Notes: generated from the letters alone by a model not told the origin. A DNA stretch of 64,000 nucleotides from Clostridiales bacterium (GCA_022511445.1 JAFLVE010000012.1:26514-90513), one strand, 5' to 3'; positions 9,158 through 19,959 are shown, counted from the first letter of the stretch. Made by a program: numbers and translations.

Positions 9158-12028
9158 ATGAGAGAGAATTTTAAAAGCTTACGCTTTCTTAATCTGAAAA
9201 GGATCGCCGTCTTACTCGCGCTTGTAGTTTCGTTTGTGCTTATCGGCGTTTCCGGCATTGTGGGAAGTCACGCGACTTTGCCCGTTCCGCTCGCCGACGA
9301 TACGAAAACGCTTACCATTCACGTTTACGACACGACGCAGGAATACCATACGCTTGCCGCATGGGTTTGGCTGAAGGGTGAGGACGGCGTGGAGTACAGA
9401 ATGAGCACCTCCGCGGCGCCCGACGAGGGTTTCCTAAAAGAGTACGAGCTGGACGGTCAGACCGTAACCAACAAGGCGTTTACCGTTACTGCGTCGTTTA
9501 CCGCCGCGCAGCTTTCGCGCGCTACGGCAATAGGCTTCCTTATCTGCAAACAGACAGGCGGAAGCGGCGAAAAGTTTTGGGACAGGTACGTTAAAGAAAC
9601 CGCCGACGTGTTTATAGACGTAACGTTATTTGACGGAAACAACACCGTCGACATCTACTATATCAGAAAAGACTCCGTTGCATATACTAATTTGGAGGAA
9701 GCGAAAATGGCGCTCGAAAAAGTTTTAAGCGCGCGTTTTATCAGCCAGACCGCCGTTGAGTTCGAGGTTACAAGCCCGCTCACCACGTCGACCCCCGTCG
9801 TGCTTTTGGACGGCGGCGTCGAGAAAATGACGGTCAACGCATTGCCCGATTCCGCAAACCCGTTTAAGGGCACGGCGGCGTTTACCAATCTCGACTTCGA
9901 CTACGCCGCGGATTACAGCATTAAGGTAGGGCTTATCCCCACGCCCGCGCCCGTTTCCAAAGCGGCGCTCCTCGACGACGACGGCTTTATAAAAGCGTAC
10001 GAGACCGAAGAAGTGCAGAGCATGGAGTACGGCGCTCTCTATACCCCCGAAAAGACGGTGTTCCGGCTGTGGGCGCCGTTTGCAAGCACGGTCAGTGTTA
10101 TGTTCTATGCTCACGGCACGGACGGCGAGGTGACCTACGGCATGCCTATGAAAAAGGTCATAGACGGCGCCACCGGCAAGTGGGCGGGCGTTTGGGAGTA
10201 CGAGCGCCAGGGCGATTGCCACGGTCTGTACTACACCTATTTAATCAATAACGGCGGCATCGAGGTGGAAACCATCGACCCGTACGCCAGGGCGTGCGGT
10301 CTTAACGGCTTGCGCGGCATGGTTGTCGATATGAACAAGGTCAACCCCGACGGCTGGGAAAGGGACAACTTCCTCTTTAAGCTCAACGAGGACAACGCCG
10401 AAGTGCCTATCATCTGGGAGCTGCACGTCCGCGACTTTTCCTCGTCCGCCGATTCCGGCATGGTCAACAAGGGCAAGTACCTCGCCTTTACCGAGAAGGG
10501 TACCACCGTTCCCGGCACCGATATAAAGACGGGCGTCGACTACCTTAAGGAGCTCGGCATTACTTACGTTCACCTTAATCCCGTGTACGACTTCGGCTCT
10601 ATCGACGAGAGCATCACGACCGATATCTACAATAAGGATAAGTTCAACTGGGGCTACGACCCGCAGAACTATAATATTCCCGAGGGCTCTTACTCGTCCG
10701 ACCCGACCAACGGAAGCGTGCGTATCAACGAGTTTAAGCAAATGGTTATGGCGCTCCACGAAGCGGGCATCGGCGTTATTATGGACGTAGTTTACAACCA
10801 CACCTATTCCACCGCAAACCTCCCGCTCGGCGACGCAGTACCCGGCTACTTCTACCGCACAAACGTAAACGGCGAGTACACCGACGGCTCGGGCTGCGGC
10901 AACGAGATTGCTTCCGAACGCTCCATGGTCCGCAAATACATGGTCGATTCGGTGCTGTACTGGGCAAAGGAATACCATATCGACGGCTTCCGCTTCGACC
11001 TTATGGGCGTTCACGACCTGATTACGATGAACACCATTCGCAGCGAGCTCGACAACCTTTACGACGACGGCAGCACACGCAAGCTCCTTATGTACGGCGA
11101 GCCTTGGACGGGCGACGGCGTGGACAGCGCAAGACAAGAGGGCGGCGAGTATGTTAAATATTCGTACCACACGAGAGTAAACGCGACCTCTTCCGCTATC
11201 GAGGGGACGGGCAAGTATACTCTTAACGCAGATAATAAGCTTGTAGTCGATTCTTATTACAAAGGCTCTATACGCGACCTCGACTCCCGTATCGCGGTGT
11301 TCGACGGCTACGGCAGAGACGGCGTGCGCGGCGGAAGCTGGGATATAGACGCGCGCCAGGACGGCTGGGTGCAGGGAAACACCGGCAAGGCGGGCGACGT
11401 AAGAGGTATGCTCTGCGGCAGTAACATGGGCATGAGCCAGGCTTCGCAATCGGTTGCTTACGCGTCTGTTCACGACAACTTTACGCTGTACGACCACCTC
11501 GTCGGCAAGTCGAGCGGAAAGGAAACCATGCTGAGCTACAACGTTCCCATCGACCACTTTATGAATATGCAGAATACGGTATCCGCGGTTTGCCTTATGT
11601 CGCGCGGTATATCGCTTATGATAGCGGGCGAGGAGATGTCGCGCACAAAGTACGGCAACCACAACTCGTACAACTCGCCGATTAAGCTTAATCAGATAGA
11701 GTGGAGCAGACAGGTTGCATTCTCTAAGGTGCACGACCACTACAAAAAGCTGATTGCGGTAAGAAAGGCGTACAAGGATATTTTCTCGTACACCGCGGCG
11801 CAGGACCGCGACGCCGTTTCCGTAACGGTCAGCGGCTCGGGCGTTATTACTCAGACCCTCACCAAGGACGGCGTAACACTTAAAGCGGTGTACAACGGCG
11901 GCGAAACTACGGCAAGCGTATCCACCGGCGGCTACAAAGTGTACGTCGCCAACGGCAATGTGACGAACGGCTTCAGCGGCTCGCTCGCCCCCAAGTGCTG
12001 CGTAGTATTCGGCACGCTGGATGTGTAA
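9158..12028 (+). CDS. pulA: type I pullulanase (GH13)
   Basis: GH13 conserved regions DVVYNHT, DGFRFDLMG, YGEPW and SVHDNFTLYD. N-terminal membrane anchor and CBM-like N-terminal domains. Confidence 0.9.
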   Translation: MRENFKSLRFLNLKRIAVLLALVVSFVLIGVSGIVGSHATLPVPLADDTKTLTIHVYDTTQEYHTLAAWVWLKGEDGVEYRMSTSAAPDEGFLKEYELDGQTVTNKAFTVTASFTAAQLSRATAIGFLICKQTGGSGEKFWDRYVKETADVFIDVTLFDGNNTVDIYYIRKDSVAYTNLEEAKMALEKVLSARFISQTAVEFEVTSPLTTSTPVVLLDGGVEKMTVNALPDSANPFKGTAAFTNLDFDYAADYSIKVGLIPTPAPVSKAALLDDDGFIKAYETEEVQSMEYGALYTPEKTVFRLWAPFASTVSVMFYAHGTDGEVTYGMPMKKVIDGATGKWAGVWEYERQGDCHGLYYTYLINNGGIEVETIDPYARACGLNGLRGMVVDMNKVNPDGWERDNFLFKLNEDNAEVPIIWELHVRDFSSSADSGMVNKGKYLAFTEKGTTVPGTDIKTGVDYLKELGITYVHLNPVYDFGSIDESITTDIYNKDKFNWGYDPQNYNIPEGSYSSDPTNGSVRINEFKQMVMALHEAGIGVIMDVVYNHTYSTANLPLGDAVPGYFYRTNVNGEYTDGSGCGNEIASERSMVRKYMVDSVLYWAKEYHIDGFRFDLMGVHDLITMNTIRSELDNLYDDGSTRKLLMYGEPWTGDGVDSARQEGGEYVKYSYHTRVNATSSAIEGTGKYTLNADNKLVVDSYYKGSIRDLDSRIAVFDGYGRDGVRGGSWDIDARQDGWVQGNTGKAGDVRGMLCGSNMGMSQASQSVAYASVHDNFTLYDHLVGKSSGKETMLSYNVPIDHFMNMQNTVSAVCLMSRGISLMIAGEEMSRTKYGNHNSYNSPIKLNQIEWSRQVAFSKVHDHYKKLIAVRKAYKDIFSYTAAQDRDAVSVTVSGSGVITQTLTKDGVTLKAVYNGGETTASVSTGGYKVYVANGNVTNGFSGSLAPKCCVVFGTLDV

Positions 12029-12092
12029 TCAATAAAAAAGAATGCACAATGAATAATTAAGATTGAAATTTATATAGATTATCCCCACAGAG

Positions 12093-12460
12093 GGTGTATT
12101 TCATAGGGATTTACCCGTGGACGAAAAAGCCCACTACACTTCGGGAACGAAGTATAGTGGGCTATACTTTTACTATGCGGCTAACGCCTTAGGCTCCCCT
12201 GTGTAAGGGGAGCTCCGCCGTTAGGCGGTGAAGGGCTGTAAGCTCCGCTGCGTTCGCTACGCTCACTTCGGTCGAAATGATGGGCAGGCGGTAGTAAGTG
12301 CGACTATACTTAGTTTAAGCGGTAACGTTTATACTACCGTCCGTCATTCCGAGCTTGTCGAGGAATCCAGGCGATCCGCCGCACTTACTGTTAAACAAAT
12401 ATGATTATGGTATTTTCGACAAAGACAAAATCGGTATTATACCACTGCGGTACAATACCT
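12093..12460 (-). repeat. left copy of a ~370-400 bp inverted repeat element (partner at 39159-39564)
   Basis: The reverse complement aligns with 39159-39564 at roughly 90% identity by eye, apart from one ~45-nt indel. It contains stacked hairpins and a hairpin plus T-run terminator that reads on the minus strand (12129-12162). Confidence 0.8.
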
Positions 12461-12495
12461 TTTCGCGTTGTGGCGTACTAATTTAAGGAAATGGG

Positions 12496-12524
12496 TTGCA
12501 AAAACGAAATTTGTGTGCTAAACT
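12496..12524 (+). promoter_or_regulatory. sigma-A-type promoter (TTGCAA-17-TGcTAAACT)
   Basis: -35 hexamer, 17-nt spacer and extended -10, upstream of the GH78-like gene. Confidence 0.45.
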
Positions 12525-12588
12525 ATAGGTGCCGAACTATACGGCTTTGTTTGTCGTGAAAAAATAAGTTCGGAAAAGAGAGGGAGCT

Positions 12589-14757
12589 ATGTCTAAACCT
12601 GAAGAGCCCACCGTACTTTTCGGCAAGTCCAAGTGGATATGGACCGCCGAACCGACCAAGAAAAATTCCAACGTGATTATGCGTAGGACGTTTGACTTCG
12701 GAACGGAAAAACCGCCCGCGCGCGCGTTTTGCCGCGCCGCGTGCGATACGCACTACTATATGTACGTAAACGGCTCCGCCGTGGTGTGGAACGGCGGCAT
12801 GAACCGCAACGCTTCCCACGCCTTTTACGATGAGTTCGACATAGCCAAGTATCTCGTTAAGGGCGCCAACGTGATTGTCGTTTACTGCCAATACTTCGGC
12901 ACGGCAGGGCGCGATCTCGTTCCCTCCGAGCGTGCGGGCTTTATCTTCGAATGTCACGACCTCGGCATTTACAGCGACAGCTCTTTCGAGGTGTACGAAA
13001 ACCTCGGTTATAAGACCCCGCGCCCCAACAATTGCTGTTACGCGGGACACGACATATTCTACGACGCGTCGCTCGAGGGTCAGATTGACAGGATTCTCGA
13101 TCCCGCTTATAAGTCCAATCTGTTCGCTCCCGCGACCGAGCTCGATTCCTATCCCGACGCGGTGATAGGCACGCTCGTTCCTCGCCCCATACCGCTCGAA
13201 AAGTTTTCGCCGTCGCCCGTTATCGCAAGGTTTAAAAAGCTTACCGATCAGTTCAGCGGCGATACATACGTCGTCACGTTGCCGCGCGCAATGCGCGTTA
13301 CGCCCTACTTCGAGGTTACGGGCAACGGTCAGGAAAAGATACTGATTAAGACGGACAGGACGGCGTGTCAGGGTACTTTCGCGGACGAGGGCAGTACGTA
13401 CTACGCCCACTCCGTCGAGTATATCACAAAGGGCACCGTCAATATCTTCGAGTGTCTTGTGCCCATGGTCGGCGAGACTCTTATATTCTCCATGCCGCGT
13501 ACCGTAAAGGTGCTTAAATTAGGCTACCGCGAGATAGGTTACAACACGGCGCGCACCGTCGAGTTCGAGTCGGACAGCGACGTCCTCGACACCGTTTTCG
13601 AAAAGGCGATGAACACGCTTTACTTAAGCCTCGGCTCCACGCTTATCGACACGCCCGAGCGCGAGCGCACAATGTGGCTCGGCGATAGCTCTATCGCCGC
13701 GCACGCGCTGTACCTCGGCTATGCCGACGCCGCGCCGCTTGTCAAAAAGGTGATAGGGGACGTTTTGGACTACGCAAAAAACGACGTGCTGTATTCGTGT
13801 GTGCCCGGCAACCTGCCCGCGGACATTCCGTCGCACGGCTTGCTTGCTTTAAGCGAGTACGGACTTTTTGCACAGTACCGCAATTTTACGCGCGACGTAG
13901 ATCTTTTCCGCGCCGAATACGAGCGGCTTTGCGACTACCTTATGCTTTGGCAGATGACGGAGCACGGCGTTGCGCTTCGCGACGGGGTTAACCGCTGGTA
14001 CGACAACCTCTATAATATCGACGAGTCGCTTGTTGAAAACGCGCTTTACTATTCGGCGTGTAAATTCCTCCGCTCGGTGAGCGAGCAAATAGGCAACCAC
14101 GATTACGACGAGTATATCGAGGACAGAATGGAAAATATCGCGGCGTATATCGAAAGCTGCTGGAACGGGCTCGGTTACACCTCGCGCGACGGAGTGTACG
14201 ACGATCGCGCCAACGCGCTGATTGCGCTAACGGGTCTTGTCCCCGACGATCGCCGTTCCGCGGTTGCAAGGCTTATCGCGGCTACCCAAAACTCGTCGCC
14301 TTACCTCGAGTGGGCGAGCATAACGGCGCTTTCCGCGCTCGACAGGCGCGACCTTGCGCTTGACAGATTTTATTCGAGATACGCGCTTGCCGCGGAATCG
14401 GAATGCTCCACGCTCGGCGAGGACTTTAACGGCTTCGGCACCAAGTGCCAGAGCTATCAATCGGCTGTCATCTTCGAGCTTATACAGGTGCTCGGCGGCA
14501 TCGATATTCAGTTGGGCGCCTCGAGAGTTACGATAACGCCCGACTTTACCGCGCTTAAAAACTTCCGTACCAAGATTAAGCTTGCGGGCGGCGTTCTCGA
14601 AGTTCGCTATAAATATTCCGCGGGCAAGATAGACATAATAATCGAAAACGGGCTCGACGGCAAGGTCACGCTCGATATCAAGCCCGAGAAAGTCGGTAGA
14701 CAGGTGGAACGCCGCACCATCGTTCTTAATAAAGGCAAAAACAAATTCTCTATCTAA
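12589..14757 (+). CDS. GH78-like alpha-L-rhamnosidase family six-hairpin glycosidase
   Basis: N-terminal KWIWTAEP...YYMYVNGSAV pattern of rhamnosidase N-domains. DTPERERTMWLGDS resembles the D.P.RDERLGWTGD catalytic-domain motif. Confidence 0.6.
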   Translation: MSKPEEPTVLFGKSKWIWTAEPTKKNSNVIMRRTFDFGTEKPPARAFCRAACDTHYYMYVNGSAVVWNGGMNRNASHAFYDEFDIAKYLVKGANVIVVYCQYFGTAGRDLVPSERAGFIFECHDLGIYSDSSFEVYENLGYKTPRPNNCCYAGHDIFYDASLEGQIDRILDPAYKSNLFAPATELDSYPDAVIGTLVPRPIPLEKFSPSPVIARFKKLTDQFSGDTYVVTLPRAMRVTPYFEVTGNGQEKILIKTDRTACQGTFADEGSTYYAHSVEYITKGTVNIFECLVPMVGETLIFSMPRTVKVLKLGYREIGYNTARTVEFESDSDVLDTVFEKAMNTLYLSLGSTLIDTPERERTMWLGDSSIAAHALYLGYADAAPLVKKVIGDVLDYAKNDVLYSCVPGNLPADIPSHGLLALSEYGLFAQYRNFTRDVDLFRAEYERLCDYLMLWQMTEHGVALRDGVNRWYDNLYNIDESLVENALYYSACKFLRSVSEQIGNHDYDEYIEDRMENIAAYIESCWNGLGYTSRDGVYDDRANALIALTGLVPDDRRSAVARLIAATQNSSPYLEWASITALSALDRRDLALDRFYSRYALAAESECSTLGEDFNGFGTKCQSYQSAVIFELIQVLGGIDIQLGASRVTITPDFTALKNFRTKIKLAGGVLEVRYKYSAGKIDIIIENGLDGKVTLDIKPEKVGRQVERRTIVLNKGKNKFSI

Positions 14758-14788
14758 CTACTCGACTATTCGTGGCTTAAAGGACGCA

Positions 14789-16162
14789 ATGAAACAAAAG
14801 GTTCTGTTACTATACTTGGAATCGGGCTTCGGGCATATTTCGTCGATGGACAGCATTTATCAGGCGCTTATCGACAATTATTCCGACCGCTACGACATTC
14901 AAAAAAGTTATATCATGCGCGAGGACGGATATGACCATCTTACTTGGATGGAAAAATTCTTTTGCAAGCAGGTGGAAAATACCAATAAAATTCCCGGCTT
15001 CGGCAGATTTATTTTTTGGATAATCAGTCTTCTCGGCGGTCAGCACATAATGCGCTTTTACCACCGTCAGCTTGCCGTACGCTCGTTCCGTCAGGGGTTG
15101 GAGGCGCTCCGCCGCCGCAATCCCGACGTTATAGTATCCAATCATTATTTTACCGACCTTTTGGCCGTCGAGTACAAGCACAGAATTAATCCGGACTGCG
15201 TGGTTGTAAACTACAATCCCGATAACACCCTCCACACCTTTTGGGATAAGCGTGACGGCGTTTTTGTCGTCAATAACGAAAAGGCGTTTAAGCGCGCGTT
15301 AAGGCTCGGATTTAAAGAGGAGAGTCTGCGCCTTGTAACGCCCTGCGTAAGACAGGTGGTGGAAAAGAATACGCTTACCCGCGCTCAGCTCCGCGAAAAG
15401 TACGGTCTGCCCGCGGACAAGTTTACAGTCGTGATCGCGGACGGCGGGTACATGGCGGGGCGCGGACCCAAGTTTGCGCGAGAGATTATTAAACGTAAGT
15501 TGCCCATTACTCTCTGCGTTATCACCGGCAAAAACCGCAAGTGCTACGAAAGGTTTCAGGCGATAGCGGAGGGGCGCGACAAAAGGCTTAAGGTCGACGA
15601 CAATATGACTCTTAAGGTTTACGAGTTTGTGCCCGAGGCGTACGAGCTTTACGGCGCGGCGGACGTTTTCCTTACAAAAGGCGGACCGAACGCCGTTCTC
15701 GACAGCGTTTACATGCGTACGCCCGTTATAATCGACTACTGCCCGCACGTCATAGAGGAAACCACGGCCAAGTTCTTTATCGACGAGTATCATTGCGGCG
15801 AGACCGCGTTTACCAAGGGCAAGGCGGTAAAGCGTATTCGCGCGCTTATGGCGGATAGGAGCGCGCTCGACGGTTACCTTGCCAATATCGAAAAGTTTGT
15901 CGCGATAGGTAACGGCGCAAATGCCGTGGCGGATATAGTCGTCGAGGAAGCCGAAAAGGCGAGAAGTGCAATGCAGGACGGCGAAATCGACGGAATCGAC
16001 GTTGACGGCGGCGAGGATACTCCTTGCGACGAGTCGACGGACGCCGAGTACAAAGTGGAGGGCGTCGCCGCGGACATCGTTACCGACGGTCTTTCCTACG
16101 CCGCGGACGAGGAAATGTTCGTTTCCGAAGCGGCGGCTCAAAGCTTTCAGCCCGCCAAATGA
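14789..16162 (+). CDS. GT28 MGDG-synthase-like diacylglycerol glycosyltransferase with acidic C-terminal extension
   Basis: N-terminal LLLYLESGFGHISS motif of MGDG_synth/UgtP-like enzymes and a GT-B C-terminal half. Acidic tail DGEIDGIDVDGGEDTPCDESTD. Confidence 0.75.
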   Translation: MKQKVLLLYLESGFGHISSMDSIYQALIDNYSDRYDIQKSYIMREDGYDHLTWMEKFFCKQVENTNKIPGFGRFIFWIISLLGGQHIMRFYHRQLAVRSFRQGLEALRRRNPDVIVSNHYFTDLLAVEYKHRINPDCVVVNYNPDNTLHTFWDKRDGVFVVNNEKAFKRALRLGFKEESLRLVTPCVRQVVEKNTLTRAQLREKYGLPADKFTVVIADGGYMAGRGPKFAREIIKRKLPITLCVITGKNRKCYERFQAIAEGRDKRLKVDDNMTLKVYEFVPEAYELYGAADVFLTKGGPNAVLDSVYMRTPVIIDYCPHVIEETTAKFFIDEYHCGETAFTKGKAVKRIRALMADRSALDGYLANIEKFVAIGNGANAVADIVVEEAEKARSAMQDGEIDGIDVDGGEDTPCDESTDAEYKVEGVAADIVTDGLSYAADEEMFVSEAAAQSFQPAK

Positions 16163-17118
16163 AGACCAAAAAGTACAAACGCTTTTTTAAGTCGCTTTCA
16201 GAGGCGGGGGATATACCCGAGGAGCTATACGACGCGCTTATAAAAAAGATAGAATCGGAAGGCAAAATGAACGGGCGAGTCTACGAGTTTTTCCTCTCCG
16301 AGCTCGAGCGCCGCGGTCTGTTTGAGGTGGACGGCACGCCGTTTTCCACAAAGAACAGCGCAAAGACGGACGGCTCGTTTAAGTACAAAAGCCCGCGCAA
16401 TCCGTTTTGGCATATAGGCCACGCGATTACGTCCACGGTCTTTAAGTTTTTGGGCTGGTTTGCAAGCGCCTTCGTCTTGGGCGTGTGGCGGGTGCCGGAC
16501 AGAAAAAAACTAAAGGGCGTGCGCGCGTGCATATCCGTTTCCAATCACGTCGGCTATCTCGACGCGGTGCTTACAAGATATGCGTTCGGGTGCAGAAAGC
16601 AATACATAGTTGTTGCGCCGCACAACTGTAAAAACGATTTCGGCGGCGCGCTTTTAAAATCGGCAACCGTCATCCCGCTCCCCATAAACTTTCACGGCGC
16701 CAAGGCTTTTACCGATATGCTTTTGTACGTTAAAACTCGGGACGGCGCGCTTCACTTCTATCCCGAAAAGAGTATGTGGGTGGGATACAAAAAGCCTCGA
16801 CCGCTTAAGGACGGACCGTTCCATTACGCCGACAGACTGGACATCCCCATTGTTCCGATGCTGTACGTGTATCCAGAGCCTAAGGGATTAAGAAAGCTGT
16901 TCCGCATGCCTAAAATGGCGATTAAAATAGGCGATCCGCTGTACGCCGACTTCACTCTTCCGCCGGCGGAGCGCGAGGCGGAATTAAAACGGAGGACGCA
17001 GGACGCAATGAAAAATCTGTACGAGGACTTTTACGGTATTCCGCTGTCGTATACCTGCGACGACCCCCAAACCGCGGATGCGGTCAAGGCGGAAACGCCC
17101 GAAACCGACGGGCAATAA
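16159..17118 (+). CDS. PlsC-family lysophospholipid acyltransferase
   Basis: NHVGYLD (H-x4-D) acyltransferase motif. The start ATG at 16159 overlaps the upstream stop codon (ATGA). The longer ORF-track start at 16024 lies inside the previous gene. Confidence 0.8.
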   Translation: MKTKKYKRFFKSLSEAGDIPEELYDALIKKIESEGKMNGRVYEFFLSELERRGLFEVDGTPFSTKNSAKTDGSFKYKSPRNPFWHIGHAITSTVFKFLGWFASAFVLGVWRVPDRKKLKGVRACISVSNHVGYLDAVLTRYAFGCRKQYIVVAPHNCKNDFGGALLKSATVIPLPINFHGAKAFTDMLLYVKTRDGALHFYPEKSMWVGYKKPRPLKDGPFHYADRLDIPIVPMLYVYPEPKGLRKLFRMPKMAIKIGDPLYADFTLPPAEREAELKRRTQDAMKNLYEDFYGIPLSYTCDDPQTADAVKAETPETDGQ

Positions 17119-17175
17119 ATAAGTCGACCGAGCGGGAAACCGCTTGTAAATATCAACCGAAGAGAAAGGGTAATT

Positions 17176-17988
17176 ATGGCAAAGACAATAGCAATAGCCA
17201 ATCAAAAGGGCGGCGTGGGCAAGACCACGACATGCGTTAACATAGCGGCGTATTTTGCCGCGTTCGGAAAGCGCGTTCTCATTATCGACAACGACCCGCA
17301 GGGCAACGCGTCGAGCGGGCTTGGTATCGAAAAGCATAAGGTTAAAAAATCGGTGTACGGGCTTATCGTGGGCGATTGCACCGCGCGCGAGGCGATTATC
17401 CCGACAGGGGTCGACAAGCTCGATATTATCCCGAGCAATATCGACTTGGCGGGCGCCGAGGTGGAGCTTGTAAGCCTCGAGCAGCGCGAGAGCTCGCTTA
17501 AACGCGCGATAGCGCCCGTTCAGGACGACTACGATTACATATTTATCGACTGCCCGCCGTTTATCGGACTTCTCACGCTTAACGCGCTGACCGCGGCGGA
17601 TTCCATCCTCATCCCCATGCAGGGCGAGTACTTTGCGCTTGAAGGGTTAAGTCAGCTTATGAACACCATTAAGCTTACCAAAAAGATTCTCAATCCCAAG
17701 CTCGAGATAGAGGGCGTCGTCGTGACAATGTTCAATTCGCGCACTAACCTCGTCAACTCGGTTGCGGAGGAGATCGCGCGCTTTTTCGGCAAAAAGATGT
17801 TCGCAACCCGTATTCCGCGCAGCGTGCGTCTCGCCGAGGCGCCCTCGTTCGGCATGCCTATATCGCAGTTTGACCCCACGTCGACGGGCGGCGTCGCGTA
17901 CAAAAACCTCGCGGAGGAAATGCTTAACCGCAACAGAGACTCCTTCGAGCCGATTAAAAATCTGTCCGCGCTCAAAAAGAAGCAGTAA
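17176..17988 (+). CDS. parA: ParA/Soj-type partition ATPase (no adjacent ParB)
   Basis: Deviant Walker A NQKGGVGKTTT, and the typical Soj sequence continues throughout the protein. Confidence 0.9.
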   Translation: MAKTIAIANQKGGVGKTTTCVNIAAYFAAFGKRVLIIDNDPQGNASSGLGIEKHKVKKSVYGLIVGDCTAREAIIPTGVDKLDIIPSNIDLAGAEVELVSLEQRESSLKRAIAPVQDDYDYIFIDCPPFIGLLTLNALTAADSILIPMQGEYFALEGLSQLMNTIKLTKKILNPKLEIEGVVVTMFNSRTNLVNSVAEEIARFFGKKMFATRIPRSVRLAEAPSFGMPISQFDPTSTGGVAYKNLAEEMLNRNRDSFEPIKNLSALKKKQ

Positions 17989-18054
17989 TGCGGCGGCGCA
18001 TTCGGTTTACGCGATTAAAAAATCTGCAAAAGGTCAAAAACATACCCAAAACGT

Positions 18055-18083
18055 TTGATTTTCTCAGTCTGTTTTAGTATAAT
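18055..18083 (+). promoter_or_regulatory. sigma-A-type promoter (TTGATT-17-TATAAT)
   Basis: Good -10 hexamer with 17-nt spacing, upstream of the PrsA-like gene. Confidence 0.5.
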
Positions 18084-18171
18084 ATAAAATACCCTAAGCG
18101 TCGAAGTGTAGGATTATAAGATTTCGGCGCTCGGACGGAGCGGGAAACGCTCTCCAAATTAAAATAATTTA

Positions 18172-19959
18172 TTGGTACAGGTAACGAAAGTGTTTAAAAG
18201 AATCGGTTTAATAATATTGTCTGCCGTGCTTGCCGCGACTACGCTCTGCGGCTGTGCGTTCTTTACTCACGATACGGAGCGCGACCTTCAGCAGGTTGTG
18301 GCGACGGTTTCTTCGTACGACATCACCAAAACGGTGGTTGTGGACGACGGCGAGGACGAGGACGGCTTCCCTCAAACGCATACCGAACAGGTTACCTACA
18401 CCACAAAATCCGTGGATATCTATAAGTACGACCTTGTTCAGTACATCAACAACAACGCAAACAGTCTTGCCAATCAGTTCGGCTCCAATTATGAGGGTTT
18501 GTACAAGTACGGCGTGAGAATGCTTGTTAACGTCGAGCTTATCACAAACGACGTCGACGCGCTAATCAAAGCGGGCGAGATAAAGTGGTACGAAGGCAAG
18601 TTCGACGAGGCTACCGTTATTGACAATGATTACACCCAGTACAACACCGTTAAAAAGAACATTTACAGCGTTATCGACAGCACGCTTTTGAGCATTAAAA
18701 ACGATATGCTCGAGGATCGCAATCAGCCCACCGTTTCCACCGACGGAGATTCGGACATCAGCACCGAAACCACGTACCCCGTCAAGCCCGAGGAGAAAAA
18801 CGACGAGGACGTAGTCGAGACCGAGGAGTGGGAGCCGAGCTATGCGCGTTATCCCGGCGTTTGGGGCGACGACGACAATCAGTCGCTCGAAAAAGAGGCA
18901 ATGCGCCGCTTTATTCAGCTTCTCGAAAGCCGCGTAAAAGACGATTTCCGCCTTACCAAAGAGGATAAGGAAAAGTTCGAAGCGGACAGAAAGCTAATCG
19001 ACGATATAACGGATAAGCAGGGTATTTCGTACGTTTATCCTGCGATCGGACAAACGCACCTTATGTACTACGTTTCCGGCAAGCAGATAGAGCGCTCGCA
19101 GAAAATAACCGCGCTCCAGGATTACCTCTCCAAAAACATCGAGGTTACCGACGCCGAGGTTATGAGCGCTTACACCGCGCTTCTTAACGAACAGACGAGC
19201 ACGTATTCCAAAGATATTTCCGCGTTCGACAGTGCAATGAGCGGAAACTCGACTGTTTTATTCTATCCCAACGACAACTACTTCTATGTAAAGCACATTC
19301 TTCTCCCGTTCTCCGACAAGCAGAAAGACGAACTTACCGCGTACAAAAACCGCGTAAACGTAACCAAGGCGCAGATAGAGGCTTTCCGCGCTCAGCTTGC
19401 CGAAAGCATCGTCGCATACCCGCACGTTGCGGGCGAGGACGATAAGAGCCGTCCCATGACCGTCGCGCAGATTATGAACGAGATTAAAGCGAAAATGCTT
19501 CCGCTCGCCGTAAACACGCGCGAGGCGGACCTTGCGTTCGACGACCTTATCTACCTTTACAACACCGACCCCGGCGCGTTCGGCAACAACAAGGGCTACG
19601 TCGTTAAGTACAAGCTGGACGAGGGCGAGAGCGAAACGTATATGCAGGAGTTTGTCGACGCGGCAAGGTATATGCGCGAAAACCTTTCGGTGGGCGAGGT
19701 CTACTACGAGCCTATCATCACCGACTACGGCGTTCACATTATGTACTTTGCGTCGACGACCAAGCCCGGCGTTGCGACGATTAACGATTACACCACTCCC
19801 GGAGAGCTCCAAACTTACTACGATATCCTCAAAGAGCCTATCGAGACCGCGCGCAACAATGCGGCGTACGGTAAGTGGCAGAGCGAGGTGCTTATGTACA
19901 ACTACAACGCTCATACCAAAACATTCGACAGCACCTTCTCCGATCTCTGGAAAAAATAA
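18172..19959 (+). CDS. PrsA/SurA-like membrane-anchored parvulin peptidyl-prolyl isomerase
   Basis: Lipobox-like LCGCAFF. Parvulin signature YFYVKHILLPFS...DYGVHIMYF. The exact start is uncertain (TTG at 18172). Confidence 0.7.
   Translation: MVQVTKVFKRIGLIILSAVLAATTLCGCAFFTHDTERDLQQVVATVSSYDITKTVVVDDGEDEDGFPQTHTEQVTYTTKSVDIYKYDLVQYINNNANSLANQFGSNYEGLYKYGVRMLVNVELITNDVDALIKAGEIKWYEGKFDEATVIDNDYTQYNTVKKNIYSVIDSTLLSIKNDMLEDRNQPTVSTDGDSDISTETTYPVKPEEKNDEDVVETEEWEPSYARYPGVWGDDDNQSLEKEAMRRFIQLLESRVKDDFRLTKEDKEKFEADRKLIDDITDKQGISYVYPAIGQTHLMYYVSGKQIERSQKITALQDYLSKNIEVTDAEVMSAYTALLNEQTSTYSKDISAFDSAMSGNSTVLFYPNDNYFYVKHILLPFSDKQKDELTAYKNRVNVTKAQIEAFRAQLAESIVAYPHVAGEDDKSRPMTVAQIMNEIKAKMLPLAVNTREADLAFDDLIYLYNTDPGAFGNNKGYVVKYKLDEGESETYMQEFVDAARYMRENLSVGEVYYEPIITDYGVHIMYFASTTKPGVATINDYTTPGELQTYYDILKEPIETARNNAAYGKWQSEVLMYNYNAHTKTFDSTFSDLWKK

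Noticed and set aside
10241-11740. 499-aa minus-strand ORF antisense to the pullulanase gene
   Set aside because: The opposite strand carries all GH13 signature motifs. The translation is repetitive and V/A/R/H-rich, which is typical of antisense frames.
16024-16158. N-terminal extension of the acyltransferase ORF (ORF-track start at 16024)
   Set aside because: The extension is Arg/Gly-rich and lies entirely within the 3' end of the glycosyltransferase gene. An ATG at 16159 overlapping the upstream stop codon gives a sensible N-terminus.
17176-17988. ParA as evidence that the window is a plasmid
   Set aside because: The flanks are typical chromosomal housekeeping genes (recR, ybaB, prsA-like, lipid synthesis). 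No replication-initiator or parB gene is present.
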